NCBI GenBank assembly: GCA_051294905.1
Contig: CM119379.1
Coordinates: 20,460,001-20,524,000 of the forward strand
Source: Botryllus schlosseri
Taxonomy: Eukaryota
Reading direction: 5' to 3'
DNA: 64,000 nt
Shown: piece after piece, positions 1 through 12,100 of the stretch
Position numbering within the stretch: position 1 is the stretch's first letter
How the letters are laid out: each line of letters starts with the position of its first letter
Made by a program: the position numbers and the translations under genes
Notes under the pieces: generated by a model
The model's database searches: none
What the model was told of the DNA's origin: nothing
The model's input: the letters and a program-made list of their open reading frames with translations, nothing else

Positions 1-649
1 TTTGAATGCCGCAATGAACATCATCAAGTTTCATAAAACGTAGCTTTGGAGAAAACGGGCAAATCTATGGACATATGCAATATTCTGTAGTGATGGACAG
101 CTAACTATTGGGTTATTGGCAACGGCTATCAAGAGCGGCTCGTAACAAGTTTCCTATATGTGGCTATCTTATAGCAAAGCTTGGAAATCGTTTACGATTT
201 ATCGCTAGAAATCTCTTCATGTTCTAAAGTACATCAAAATTTTATATCTGTATTTCAGACGTATAAGCTTGGGATTAAAATAGATTTACCGAAACTTGTA
301 GGAACTTGTGCTGTTTACATTGTGAGCAAGGGTGAATTTCGCAACTGGGGCTTGACCTTCGTTGCTTGAGCGAGAATTGATGCACGTTTGTGTGATCTGT
401 TGTGAGCCCATTTTCAACGATCATGATATGCATAGGGAAGGTCAGAGGCGGACATAGTCTCGACTCTTATATGGCACTCTATGTCCGCAGGATATTTGAG
501 ACAAAACTAATCATTTGGCGAATTGCTGCAGATCTGCGTGTCGCGCATAATAGTATATTACGATGACGAGAGAGAAAGAGAGTCAATTACACTTGAATTA
601 CATATTACCACCTACCGAACACACATATATAATATACGTAACCACTTAC

Positions 650-3206
650 GCGTTTTCTCATCTTTGGTTTGCTAAAGGGCTTCATTATGTTGTATATGAT
701 CGTAAATATCTTGTATTCATTGACGACGTTCATGCTCTTCAATCTTGACGGCATAGCATCCTGTTGTTAACGAAACCGCGTAAACCAGCTGACTAATTTA
801 ATAAAGCGTGAGTCACAGGGGAAACCCACCCCTAACACTCCTCCCATTTTCTTGCCGAATGTCGGCGTGAACTGCTTTAGTAAATTCATATTGAAGAAGG
901 AATAATCCGCGATGACCGTGAGTCCGTGAACCTATAATGAAATTTTCTGTTGACTCAGGAACATTCCGAAATTCTGTCCCATTACCGAGCAACGTCCTAC
1001 ATATAATTTGTCTAATATCACAGTCGATGGTGAAATGAAGGAATCTTACATCATATAAACAAGATACAACGTTATCAATTCGTTGCTTCAGCACCAACCT
1101 GTACAGCCTCGTCCTCAGTCAAGAGAGCCTCCGTGGTTAGGATAATCATAGCTAAAAAGTCGGTCATCTTCGCCGAGTCGGGTTGTCCAATTCCTGAACA
1201 TCGTATATTTCATCATTGATAAAAATTCAAGTCCATGCAGCAGTAAAGCTTATAGTCATGATCATGAACCATATGTGATGTAGCTGTATTCGAAAAATTT
1301 CGCGAACAATAACATACCTGTTATAAGATGCATATAATTAATTAATGAAAAATAAGGTAGAGGGACCCGTGATGTGATTATTCTAGTTGAGATCATTCAA
1401 AACCATGATTTCACAACATTTGGGTCGGTCGATGACTAAGGATTTATTTTCGAATTTCAATCATCTGAAAATCCCGTGAGAAACCAACATCACACTCATC
1501 TATACCTGGTCTTCCTATAACCACAGTGGAACCATCAGAGGCTTTTTGACGAATCGGCACGCACGCTCCATGTGTCAAAACATCAGAAAGTAACTCCGGG
1601 TTGTCTACCTGGAAATCGAGAGAAGCGATCATATTATTATCAGCAGCACCATGCAGGTATTTCCGTCCTAAATATCATTCTGCGACCATTCCGTACACAT
1701 TTCATGCGTTGTTAATCAATTCAATTCAACATCGTTCTACATCATCATATATATCCGCTTTGCGTTGCTTAAATGAATATCTAAAATTTGAAATGTCTAC
1801 CTTGTCGAATACTTCTCGAAAATCCCGTCTTTGAATATGATAATTGACCAGCATATTGTATGCTTTTTCGTGATTGTATTTCTTGGCTCGCAGAAACCTG
1901 TATGAACATGAACGTTATCGAATGATGATAACAATGCAGTAAAATACACCGCACCGAACTATGTACCGGCTAATGACAACTAGGATTGACACGTTACATA
2001 ACTTGTAGACTAACACCTGTCATTAGATCGAATATTTCGGATAGGGGCGTTACCTTATCTTCATTCGTTACCGTCATATAACTAACCTTTTGCTGTGTAT
2101 AGACTAACGTTACTTCTACTTCTAATTAAGTAGCAACACAGACTACTTTAACCACCTCTGCAAAAACAATATAAATAGACAGCAGTGCATCTCCACACCA
2201 CATGTAGTAAATTTACTGCGCGTTGGAGCAGAGCAGGGGTGTCTAAAATTCAATTTGGGGCACTGGTCAGATTCACACCGTTCGATCGCTTGTACGCCGG
2301 GCCTAATCAAAAGATGCGTAAATGTGACCCCCAAATCCATGCCTTTGCTTTTCAGTATGGGATGCTTCGTTATAAGGCTATACATAATATATAATATGAC
2401 GGATCACTTGGACTCTATTCTAGCAACACACATTTTTCACCGCATTTTAATGTATTGAATGCGTATATTTTATGGATAGAAGAGAGCAAATGGCTGAGTA
2501 CCTTTTGAGTCAGGAGCAGGACAAACATGTTTTAAACAGTATTTAAAAAAACGCATTTAAAAATGCGGTTTTTTAAAACTTTGGGTAATCATGCCACAAC
2601 ATGTGTAAATACTTTCGAAAAAACATGTAGCATGAGCCTACCGAGAATTTGCACTAAATATAGCCGACGTAATGACGTATATGATGTGGGGTGGCTGTAA
2701 CCCTAAAAATCGTCGTCGGTTCAGCAGTGATAGCAAGTATAGTTATAGTTATAGATCATTGGTACGGAATGGGTGTTGTTATGATTATGGTGACCACCGA
2801 CCGTAAAAATGCTGCATAACGATGTTGATGGAAACGTGCTGGATACGTATGTCTGACACTTCTGGTGTAGACGGTGAGGCAGTGCTTCACCCGCGCTGAT
2901 GACCACGACTGACATGCTAACTGACGCCCGATAACTTTGATATACAGTGCACTAGGCTAGATATCATTGTTCCCTGCATCAACAAAGCAATGTAGACTGC
3001 TTGTAGTCAAAGAAGCGCATAATCTACCTTAGAAAGAACATGTCGTCAGTTCTGAGTAATTCCAGGTCTTGTTGTTCCTCTTGAAACCGCTCACGAAGCT
3101 TGTCTATTGCAGCAAGTCTTTCATCGTTGTCCTGCGGCTCATTCAACTCAGCTATTGCCTTTTTTAGGACAGCCGGATCTAGATTGCATTCGTATCGTTC
3201 GCCCAT
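650..3206 (-). CDS. CRAL-TRIO (Sec14-like) lipid-binding protein, clavesin/retinaldehyde-binding/alpha-tocopherol transfer protein family; 3' part lies beyond the left edge
   Basis: Phase-consistent GT-AG exons on the minus strand: 3206-3028 (MGERYECNLDPAVLKKAIAELNE...DDMFFLR), 1897-1801 (FLRAKKYNHEKAYNMLVNYH, the CRAL-TRIO N-terminal motif), 1608-1506, 1193-1099, 931-830 (VHGLTVIADYSFFNMNLLKQFTP) and 760-650 (DAMPSRLKSMNVVNEYKIFTIIYNIMKPF). The track start at 3230 is a TTG; the first ATG is at 3206. No further exon was recognised in 1-649. Confidence 0.9.
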
Positions 3207-4374
3207 TGTCTTACTTCTCCTATTTGCCAATGTAAACTACGCTCCGATCCCAGCGTCTCCTAAAGAATGTGATGTAGTAAGCTACAGAATTACTTGTCTT
3301 TAAATTTGATAGTTACGTAAGAGCATACAATGACCTCGGCTTGCCAAAATGTAGACTAGAGAAAACAAAGTCGTGTTGTCAATGTTTAACTACAGTAAGA
3401 CTCGCCGATTGTATAACTATGTGCAACCCATCCATCAATTATGTAATCACGCCTCCGCCGAAATAATGTATGTGTTGGTTAATCACGATGAGGCCATAAA
3501 TAGGCATAAATCATGGTTTGCAACCCAGGCATGATTATTTTTGGCATTTTTCAGATTTCATTTTTGGCAGTTTTGCCACCGCCATGAATATTTGCATATC
3601 AGAATAAACCATGTAAATCGCTTCAGTTTGACTTTTCATATCAAACTAAAAGTCACAAAACGTGCAGTATCCATTCTGTTCCATCAAACACAGATAACAA
3701 ATAGAACGAATTTGCAACGGTATTGGAGAGCGAATTCACCCAATACAAAACCGACTGCTTCTGTAATATCTCTACTACTTTAGCCACAGGTTAGATATCA
3801 TGAGTGGTTATAATATGAAAAAAACATCCACCCAGAAAACTCGAGGAAAGGACTGAATGCTATGCATGTAGGCTGTAGAATAATTGTAATGTATATATGG
3901 TACGCATTGTTGGGGGTTGCTTCTTGGCCATTGAGGTCTCTTGCACAGTGTATGTTCGTTAATGAAACTATATCCCTATTGTCTAACGTGGCACAGTCTA
4001 TCATTGATTGAACCATGCAGACATTTTTCAGCAACTATTTAAATAGTGAACGGAATTATATATGCGCAATGGGCATTGAGCTAAATGCTGCATGGGTCGC
4101 GCGCGGCGGCTACATCACGTACAGAACGTACGAGCGCCAAGTCAATGAGCTAAATCCAAAAATTTCGGATCTCACGGATTCCAAAATATCCTGATTAAGT
4201 GATTATGGTGATTACTGATTACACTAACGGAACCCTGCCGCTGCGGGCAAGGATCATCTACTATCCAATCGCTGGATCGATCAATCCACAGATTCGCCGT
4301 AAATCCAGATTTCATCACTCGACTTTTTGGCCTCGACCCCTTGTAAGGTAGTCCGCAGCCTCCAGAAGGGTTCA

Positions 4375-5019
4375 GAGGGCTCTTCTCAAATCGTACTGGT
4401 TGCTTGATAAAATTGTTAGGTTACCTAATTTAAGCCTACACACAAAATTTGGTTCAATTCCAGCCAGTAACCGCTTTGCTACAGGAGAAGAAAGTTTCAA
4501 CTTATTATCTAAAAATAAATAATAAAAAATTTGCAAATTTTCTGTTCACCCCATGAAAGTGTTAGGCTGTCTATAGAAACGATCCTCACCAAATTTGGTT
4601 CAATTCCAATCAGTGGAAGCGGAGCTATTGCTGTCGAAAAATTTGGATTTGAATAAAATAGTATTTACGGTGAGCACAACTACAATAAATAAACAAATAT
4701 CGCTCACCGTAAATACTATTTTATTCAAATCCAAATTTTTCGACGGCAGTAACTCCGCTTCCACTGGTTGGAACTGAACCAAATTTGGTGAGCATCGTTT
4801 CTATAGACAGCCTTACACTTTCATGGGGTGAACAGAAAATTTTCAAATTTTTTATTATTTATTTTTATATAATGAATAGAAACTTTCTTCTCCTGTCGCA
4901 AAGCGGTTACTGGCTGGATTTGAACCAAATTTTGTGTGTAGGCTTAAATTAGGTAACCTAACAATTTTATCAAGTAGCCAGTACGATTTGAGAAAAAAAG
5001 TCATTTTTGAAGAGCCCTA
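4375..5019. mobile_element. Foldback-type non-autonomous DNA transposon (hAT-like ends), ~300-bp inverted arms around a 26-nt loop
   Basis: 4375-4675 is the near-perfect reverse complement of 4702-5019. Termini are (g)AGGGCTCTTC...GAAGAGCCCTA. Flanks agggttca / gcggttca match 6 of 8, consistent with a decayed 8-bp TSD. Mirror-image ORFs 4595..4777(+) and 4600..4782(-) confirm the symmetry. Confidence 0.85.
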
Positions 5020-5484
5020 GCGGTTCACGGACCTCAAATTAGAAATTTTGCTTTACACGCGTGTTTTGTCGCTTTATACAAATTCTTTGAGTTCTAGATA
5101 GATATATCGCTGATTGAAAATATGCCAGATGGCGAAGTCAAAAGCTAGCAAAAGAAAAAGGACATGCCACGTATTAGAGGCCCATAATCGATGTTAGACA
5201 TAGACATTGACAATTAGAAATGCGTAAAATCTAGGGCCAGGAACATGTAGAATTTCTATGCTGGGCTTGCAGTCATGCACCGATTATATCCACATGCTGC
5301 TGCTGTTCACTAACCGGGGATATCTAGTTATTCAAGGGATAATTTATCTATACAATGAACGAATTTTATGAATGACAACTCTTGTGACATCACAGAGGGG
5401 AAAAGTGTATGTACTTCCTTTATTCCCTTTAAAATTTCCCCATTCCGTTCACCCGAACTTCCGTGTGGCATAAACCAAGTCAAC

Positions 5485-5898
5485 ATGCCAAAATCCAAGG
5501 ATCAGCATGTTACATTTCAGGATAAATCAGAACCTGATTTCGTGAAAGATGTTGATGAGCCAAAAGTGGAGCCCGGTGATGGGACAGGAGTAGCAGAAAA
5601 TACCGCGGATACAAAAATCAACCATGAAACAGAGGCTGCAGTAAATGAAATTAGCATAGATTCCAAAGAAATGGGATATCTTCCAGAGCGATTTAGAAAT
5701 CCAAGTCTGCAAAAAGGTTACGGCGGGGATGTCAACGCTTTATATCGAACGACCTCATCGGACTATGGCAGTCGGCCACCAAACGAGCTAACTATTCCAG
5801 CAAAATATTTTGGTTTTACTAGAAAATTTACAACGCATTTGAGTGTTTGTGGTATGTACAGAAATCACTCCGTCAATTTGAAATTAGATAAATGGTAG
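5485..5898 (+). CDS. PIERCE1/PIERCE2-like (C9orf116/C15orf65 family) ciliary microtubule inner protein, intronless
   Basis: The C-terminal half LPERFRNP...LYRTTSSDYGSRPPNELTIPAKYFGFTRKFTTHLSVCGMYRNHSVN matches the family pattern (LPxRFxNP...YRTS/TNxxYGSxxP...KFSxxL...GMxRN). The ORF opens at ATG 5368; ATG 5485 (MPKSKD) is the more plausible start, followed by an acidic N-terminal extension. Confidence 0.8.
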   Translation: MPKSKDQHVTFQDKSEPDFVKDVDEPKVEPGDGTGVAENTADTKINHETEAAVNEISIDSKEMGYLPERFRNPSLQKGYGGDVNALYRTTSSDYGSRPPNELTIPAKYFGFTRKFTTHLSVCGMYRNHSVNLKLDKW

Positions 5899-6551
5899 CA
5901 CCAAACTTTTCATATTTTGCGTATAGGTCTCTGTATATATTTTAGGTTGTACATGTACAATTATAATTGCATGCATCATTGCATTGATTTCAGCATAAGT
6001 TTGTGATTTCCATCGCCATGCTTTTGGAATGAAAGTTATGATATTGAATTCCAAATCTGCGTCACTTCGACTTCTCGTTCAACAGGATATTATATCCTTC
6101 GTGAATGCGATTTTTTTATAATATGAATATGAAATATATCCATTCAAAGATCCACGATATATATACGTTTGAGCTAGGTCGAGGCCAGGGGAGTAGCATG
6201 TAGACTGTATAGTGTATAGTATATACTGATCAGCCCAGTGGTTTTGAAGCGATTATAATCGCAAGCTAGCTAGACCAAATCACTGAGTTGTAAACACAAA
6301 TGTAGGCGTGACGGTGTCAAGCAATTTGAATCGAGAAACTACAAAGCATGACGAATTACGCCTCTATTTCGGTATTTTTAGCTTGTTGCTTTCCCCACGT
6401 TCGTTCACGTGGACTTCTGTAGACTGTGGTTGTGGGTTTTGGATACCGGTAGCTAATTCAAAGTTGGCTTATATGCGAGTTTAAGCTTGTGAGGGTGCAA
6501 CGATAGCGGACAAATATTGATAAAGAAACACCGATATTGATAACAGCAGCG

Positions 6552-7055
6552 ATGTCAAGTAACGAACGTTTATTGAAGGAGCTGGAACTTTTGATGAACT
6601 GTGCCGGATGTTCGATGAAGCTGAATCTTCGTGGTAACATGATATCGACGAGCGATTCCGTGTCAGGATATGCCACGATTGCGTGTAAAATCGCACAAAA
6701 TAGCAAGTCACCTGCTCTTAAAGAGACACAAGACGAAGAAATACAAGCTTTGATGTGGCAATGGCTTGAGACGCGTTGCCAACTGGGTACTTCGTTAACT
6801 ACCAGTCAACTCGTCAACATTATGAATAGAACGCTCTCTTGCAATACATTCCTTTGTGGCAATGTTCTGACAGTAACTGATATTTTACTGTATTTTGCTA
6901 TTCACTCAGAAGTTGCTACATTTAGCTGCCAGGAGCTGTGCACAGTGTTTCCAAATATTGCTCGGTGGTTTTGTTATGTTCAGTCACAGCTAAGTAGGCC
7001 AATATCAAATGACTATAAGCCTGTGACTATGCCAAAACTGAATGTTTATCACTAA
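6552..7055 (+). CDS. EEF1E1: Eukaryotic translation elongation factor 1 epsilon-1 / AIMP3 (p18), GST-C-like fold, intronless
   Basis: 167-aa ORF from ATG 6552 with family motifs GYATIA, QWLETR (human QWLEYR), FLCGNVLTVTDILLY (human YLTGYNFTLADILLY) and NIARWFCYVQ (human NVSRWFCHIQ). Confidence 0.88.
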   Translation: MSSNERLLKELELLMNCAGCSMKLNLRGNMISTSDSVSGYATIACKIAQNSKSPALKETQDEEIQALMWQWLETRCQLGTSLTTSQLVNIMNRTLSCNTFLCGNVLTVTDILLYFAIHSEVATFSCQELCTVFPNIARWFCYVQSQLSRPISNDYKPVTMPKLNVYH

Positions 7056-7267
7056 ATTTTTGGATGTTGGTTCACTCAGATATCATATCAGTATATCCTA
7101 TACTGATTTGATTGGTAAATCTGAATGGTATGTTTTATCTGTGTCAATTTCTTGTAGATATATTAGAATATTTCAATGCTTGCACCCTGCCATAGTATTC
7201 TGTCTGAAAAGTTTAGACTCATAACCAAAGTTCCTTCAAAGCTGCAAAAAATTATCACTATATCTTT

Positions 7268-8740
7268 CACCAGGGTGAAATACGCCCTCACCATTCTAGC
7301 CCTCAGATTTAAAATTACCACCTACTATGCACGAAGCAGCATGGATCCATGGTATCACCATTTTGCGATATCGGCCGTGGCTCTAATATATGAAAGGCCA
7401 TAGACATTATTTTCATGCAAGTGGATGACTGGGTCGGTTTACAACTAACCCGGAATGACCGCTTCGTTTTATGGTAGCCTTTCTTAAATCCAGCGTACAT
7501 GTCATATGCGGCGTTCTCCTGCAAGCACATTGGTCTGCACCCAATATTTGGTATGGGAATAGTGTGTGGGGTACTTGTATATATTGTTTGATTTGGAATT
7601 GGGCAACTGATTCTTTATCCCACTATACATCATGTTACAATTTAGCGAGAATCTTCATCCTAGGATGTTGACCCCTTCCGCACTGTGCCAAGAGTCAAGA
7701 CTTGATATGGGAATAGTGTGTGGGGTACTTGTATATATTGTTTGATTTGGAATTGGGCAACTGATTCTTTATCCCACTATACATCATGTTACAATTTAGC
7801 GAGAATCTTCATCCTAGGATGTTGACCCCTTCCGCACTGTGCCAAGAGTCAAGACTTGATATGGGAATAGTGTGTGGGGTACTTGTATATATTGTTTGAT
7901 TTGAAGTTGGGCAACTGATTTTTGATCCCACTATACATCATGTTACAATTTGACGAGAATCTTCATCCTAGGATGTTGACCCCTTCCGCACTGTACCAAG
8001 AGTCAATATTTGGTATGGGAATAGTGTGTGGGGTACTTGTATATATTGTTTGATTTGGAATTGGGCAACTGATTCTTTATCCCACTATACATCATGTTAC
8101 AATTTAGCGAGAATCTTCATCCTAGGATGTTGACCCCTTCCGCACTGTGCCAAGAGTCAAGACTTGATATGGGAATAGTGTGTGGGGTACTTGTATATAT
8201 TGTTTGATTTGGAATTGGGCAACTGATTCTTTATCCCACTATACATCATGTTACAATTTAGCGAGAATCTTCATCCTAGGATGTTGACCCCTTCCGCACT
8301 GTGCCAAGAGTCAAGACCAATCATCGCCATACGTCGAGATTCAGTGTTTTAAATCTTTGTTTTATCTCTTGTGATTTCTAAATAAACCCATCATGTTTCA
8401 TTAGCTCAGGTTTTAAATAAGGGAAACTCATTATTGCTTGGGCAGCGACCGAAAGTCACCTCTGTGGCCTTACAATTTGAGTGGAGTTTTTGGATTAAGT
8501 CAAAGTAAATGTAGTTGGTCACGTAGACGTTGAAATTCACTTTGTTTTCCTAATTTATTTTTCTGATTTGGGTGCAGACCAATGTGCTTGCAGGAGAACG
8601 CCGCATATGGCCTTTCAGATATTAGAGCCATGGTCGATATCGCAAAATGGTGATACCATGGATCCATGCTGCTTCGTGCATAGTAGTTGGTAATTTTAAA
8701 TCTGAGGGCTAGAATGGTGAGGGCGTATTTCACCCCGGTG
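7268..8740. mobile_element. Non-autonomous TIR element with 173-bp inverted arms enclosing a satellite array
   Basis: 7268-7544 (minus a 104-bp segment, 7403-7506) is the reverse complement of 8568-8740, with few mismatches. Termini are CACC(A/G)GGGTGAAAT. No ORF is present and no TSD could be resolved. Confidence 0.75.
7544..8317. repeat. Tandem satellite array, 5 copies of a 154-bp unit
   Basis: The anchor atgggaatagtg recurs at 7553, 7707, 7861, 8015 and 8169, exactly 154 bp apart. Units are near-identical, with two junction variants (caatatttggt versus caagacttgat). Confidence 0.95.
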
Positions 8741-9182
8741 TAAAATGCGATGAAAACTCTACTCTGGTGCAACGAACGTCAAAGTTTCGGAATTTGGGAG
8801 TCAAAGTGATGACCTTTTTTAGTGAATACATTGTCCTCTGTTTCGGATCGCAAAATGTTGCACACTGTTGTCCAAGGGACCACACAGTGCGCAGACTCAT
8901 GAAAAGCAGAGGGAAATTGCTCATAACCATGCAGCAGGTGCTGCATTATAATCTTGTGTGTGTAAGAGACACTTGATTCATATTATTTAAACACAACGAG
9001 TGAACATCAAGTCAGTTCTGAAAGAATAGTTTATTATCATTGGTAAATTATGCAGGGTTTTATTGAATCTGCATTCTCGGTAAACAATCTGTACTATTTG
9101 AACACTCCTGGATTGTGAGATTATTGCATAAAATAAAGTTTTCGCTCCAGTATAAGAAATTATATCGATTTTGTGTTGAAAT

Positions 9183-12100
9183 ATGAGTGGAAAAATTTTT
9201 AGGAGTAATGTGCCTACTTGAAGGAAATACAAGTGTGTTTAAATATAGAATTGCAACTATTTCTCTGTTGCTGGAACTTCCATTCTTGTCCCAGATCTAA
9301 AAAGCATTGTTCTTGGTAGCGACATATTGTCAGTCAAACCACTTGAAAGAGTTATGAGAGGCCATATTCGACGACGCAAACGGAAGTTGGATGAGGAGGC
9401 TACGGAATATGAGAGACGATACAAAAGATCATCAGCATTTGATTCTGATCCACCTTCTTTGAAGGTTCGACCTCTTCTGCCGATCAAAAGCAAGTCCGGC
9501 GTACTCATCCAGCAATTCCGAGAGGAGGATGTAGCTACAGATGAAGAAAAGGATATTGAAGACGAAGAACCTGTGAAATCTACCAGCGAAAATGCAGATG
9601 TCCCTATTCCAATGAATATCCAACAGATCAAATCGGAGATTGCAAAAATATGCTCAAACGTTGTTAATGACCCACAGGTGAGAGAATATTGGCACCACTG
9701 TAAATTTGTGTTCATTGCGTGGTCTCATATTTTACCCATCTCTTTTAATGTATGTGGTCTAGTCGTCATATAAGCCATTGACGATCAGCACTTTAGATTT
9801 CTCGTGCTTTTGACTTGACAGGTTCATGCCCTAACTTTTCGTTTATTGTAAAAATGTTCTATTGTTTAGACCTGTACTTTTTAGTCTCAATGCAAATCTG
9901 AAAACACTTGAAACACAATTTGAAACGCGTCATTAGCTCCTAAACTTTCCTTTCCTGTCAAATCCGACCCAAAAACCAGTAGCCTACGCATTATGAACGT
10001 CAGTGTTTTTTCTCCTTTGCATATTCACTTTGATGGGGCATAAGATATCAAAATGCATTGAGGTATCATTGAAGTATCAGGTCATTGTGTAAAAACAGAA
10101 ATATCATTGCAAACTCCCTGACTGCAAGTGTTGTAGCTTCTTAGGTTGGTGCATTTGTATGTTGGAAATCCTTAACATAATATTTGTATTCATTATTCTC
10201 AGAACCATGTAAAGGAACTGAAGAAACTTCTCGCTATGCTGTGGGAGACAAAACCTTATCGAACGTGTCTGATCATTCGGAAGCTTGCTATGGCATCGTT
10301 GACTTGCGTATTCATAGACATCATTCCAGGTTTGTGGAAGTTCTTTTGTATAGTTGAATGACAAAGCAACTTTCGCTACACATTTCAGGATATCGGATTC
10401 GACAGTTAACGGAAGAGGAACGCAGCGTGAAATTGAGCAAAGAAGTGAAGTCATTGGTGGAGTTTGAAGAGCGATTGCTGAAACATTATCAAAATTTCTT
10501 AAGCAGCTTGGAAAAAGTAGTGACGAATGATTATAGTGAGACTTGTGTTCCTAACATTGCTACCATGGATAATCAGCGGAAATTTTTATTCAGCAAAAAA
10601 GTCAAAGTTGAGTAAACAAGAACAGAAAGAGATGACGGTCTTAGGAGTGAAATCGCTCTGTGAACTCTATGAAAAAACAACACACTTCAATTTTCATCAA
10701 AACATCGCAGTAGTATTGCTGCCGATCGCCAACTCTAACAACAAAGTAATCTCGGAAATGTGCTGTACAGCGATCAGGAATCTGTTCCGAAGCGACAAGA
10801 ATGGTTTGACTTCGCTCTCCACAGTCAAAGTAACATCTATTTTTCGTCCATTTCAACACCGATGCTGATTTCAACTTCATTCAGGTTCTAGCAAAACTTG
10901 TGAGAGAGGGATGTGCCTCGAAAAAAGGTGTACGGCCGTCGATAGTCGAGACGTTCCTGTCCCTTCACATCAATCATGTGGATTTTGAGTCCATGTCTAA
11001 GGACAGTAAAAGGATGACCGCTAAGGAAAAGAAAAAGGCAGCGGAAGAGAAGAAAAAACTTTCTAGAGCACAGAAGAAATATTTGAAGAGAAAAGAGCAA
11101 TTACAGAGCGAATTGAAGGAAACGGAAGCGATTGAAAGCAGGGAGACCAAAGTCAAATACCATACGGAAACGATACAACAAGTTTTTCTGGTTTATTTCC
11201 GGATATTGAAACACAAAAAAGGTACTGTTTCTTATACTAAATTGCTTTCTGCGATGGTCTCAATACTGTGCCTCGTGTTTTTTTTTTTAAATTTGCCTAA
11301 CAACACTCCATGAGCAACAAATCAATTGCAAAAAAGTCCTATTCAAAGTTATATTCAATTCATCGCAACTTTAAGTGGAATGCTAAACCAGGAGTTACGC
11401 TCTACACCAGGACCGTGCAATCTGCGTCCCGAATGTGGCTGGAATGGTGTGGCTACGACTTTTCAATTTACCTAAAGCTTTGGTCCAAGTAGGCCTAGAG
11501 CAGGAATAATACACTAAAATCAGTAAAAAACCGATTGCTGACTTCGCACACGATTTACCTCGAAGTCTGATTTATTGTTGAATGTATGACTATGTTCTGG
11601 TAGTACCGTATTTAATTTTATCAAGTCCCAATGGTCGCCGTTGGTACTCTTGATGCAGTCATGGGTCTTGCAACCACTGGAAAGCCGATGTGCAGGCCCA
11701 ATTTTACCTCGTCATTTTATGTCTGGCCTGCTTGGTAAAGGGCTACATATCGCTGATTCACTGTTTTACTCCTGTAAATACTGAACAGTGTAGTGTTTAT
11801 GTGGATTTCATAGAAGGTCATCCAGGTAAAAACTTGATGTGTTACTGCCAACCATGAAATCTCGACTTGTGTAACAAGTCTCATCGCCACATGCTGGGAG
11901 ATTGAATGAAGTTGTCTAGAGGCCGGCAACCTTCTGAATACATGAAGATATTTTGTCCCATTTTCCACCAAATCTAGCCGATCGGTAGCTACAAACTGTT
12001 TGATTCCTACTACCGTGACGATGGCACTGCTTAATTAGGATCAACGGGGGGAAAATGCAAGTTGAAGATTCCTCGATATATGAAATTCGATTATACCAGA

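Noticed and set aside
4140-4320. Possible old MITE with aatcc/ggatt repeats
   Set aside because: Termini match poorly and there is no TSD.
4595-4782. Two overlapping near-identical ORFs on opposite strands
   Set aside because: An artefact of the foldback symmetry, not genes.
7544-8317. CRISPR-like array
   Set aside because: Units are wholly repeated with no unique spacers, there are no cas genes, and the context is eukaryotic. It is a satellite.
11780-11850. YLDD motif on the minus strand in a NOC3L intron
   Set aside because: Immediately followed by a stop, with no flanking RT motifs in order.
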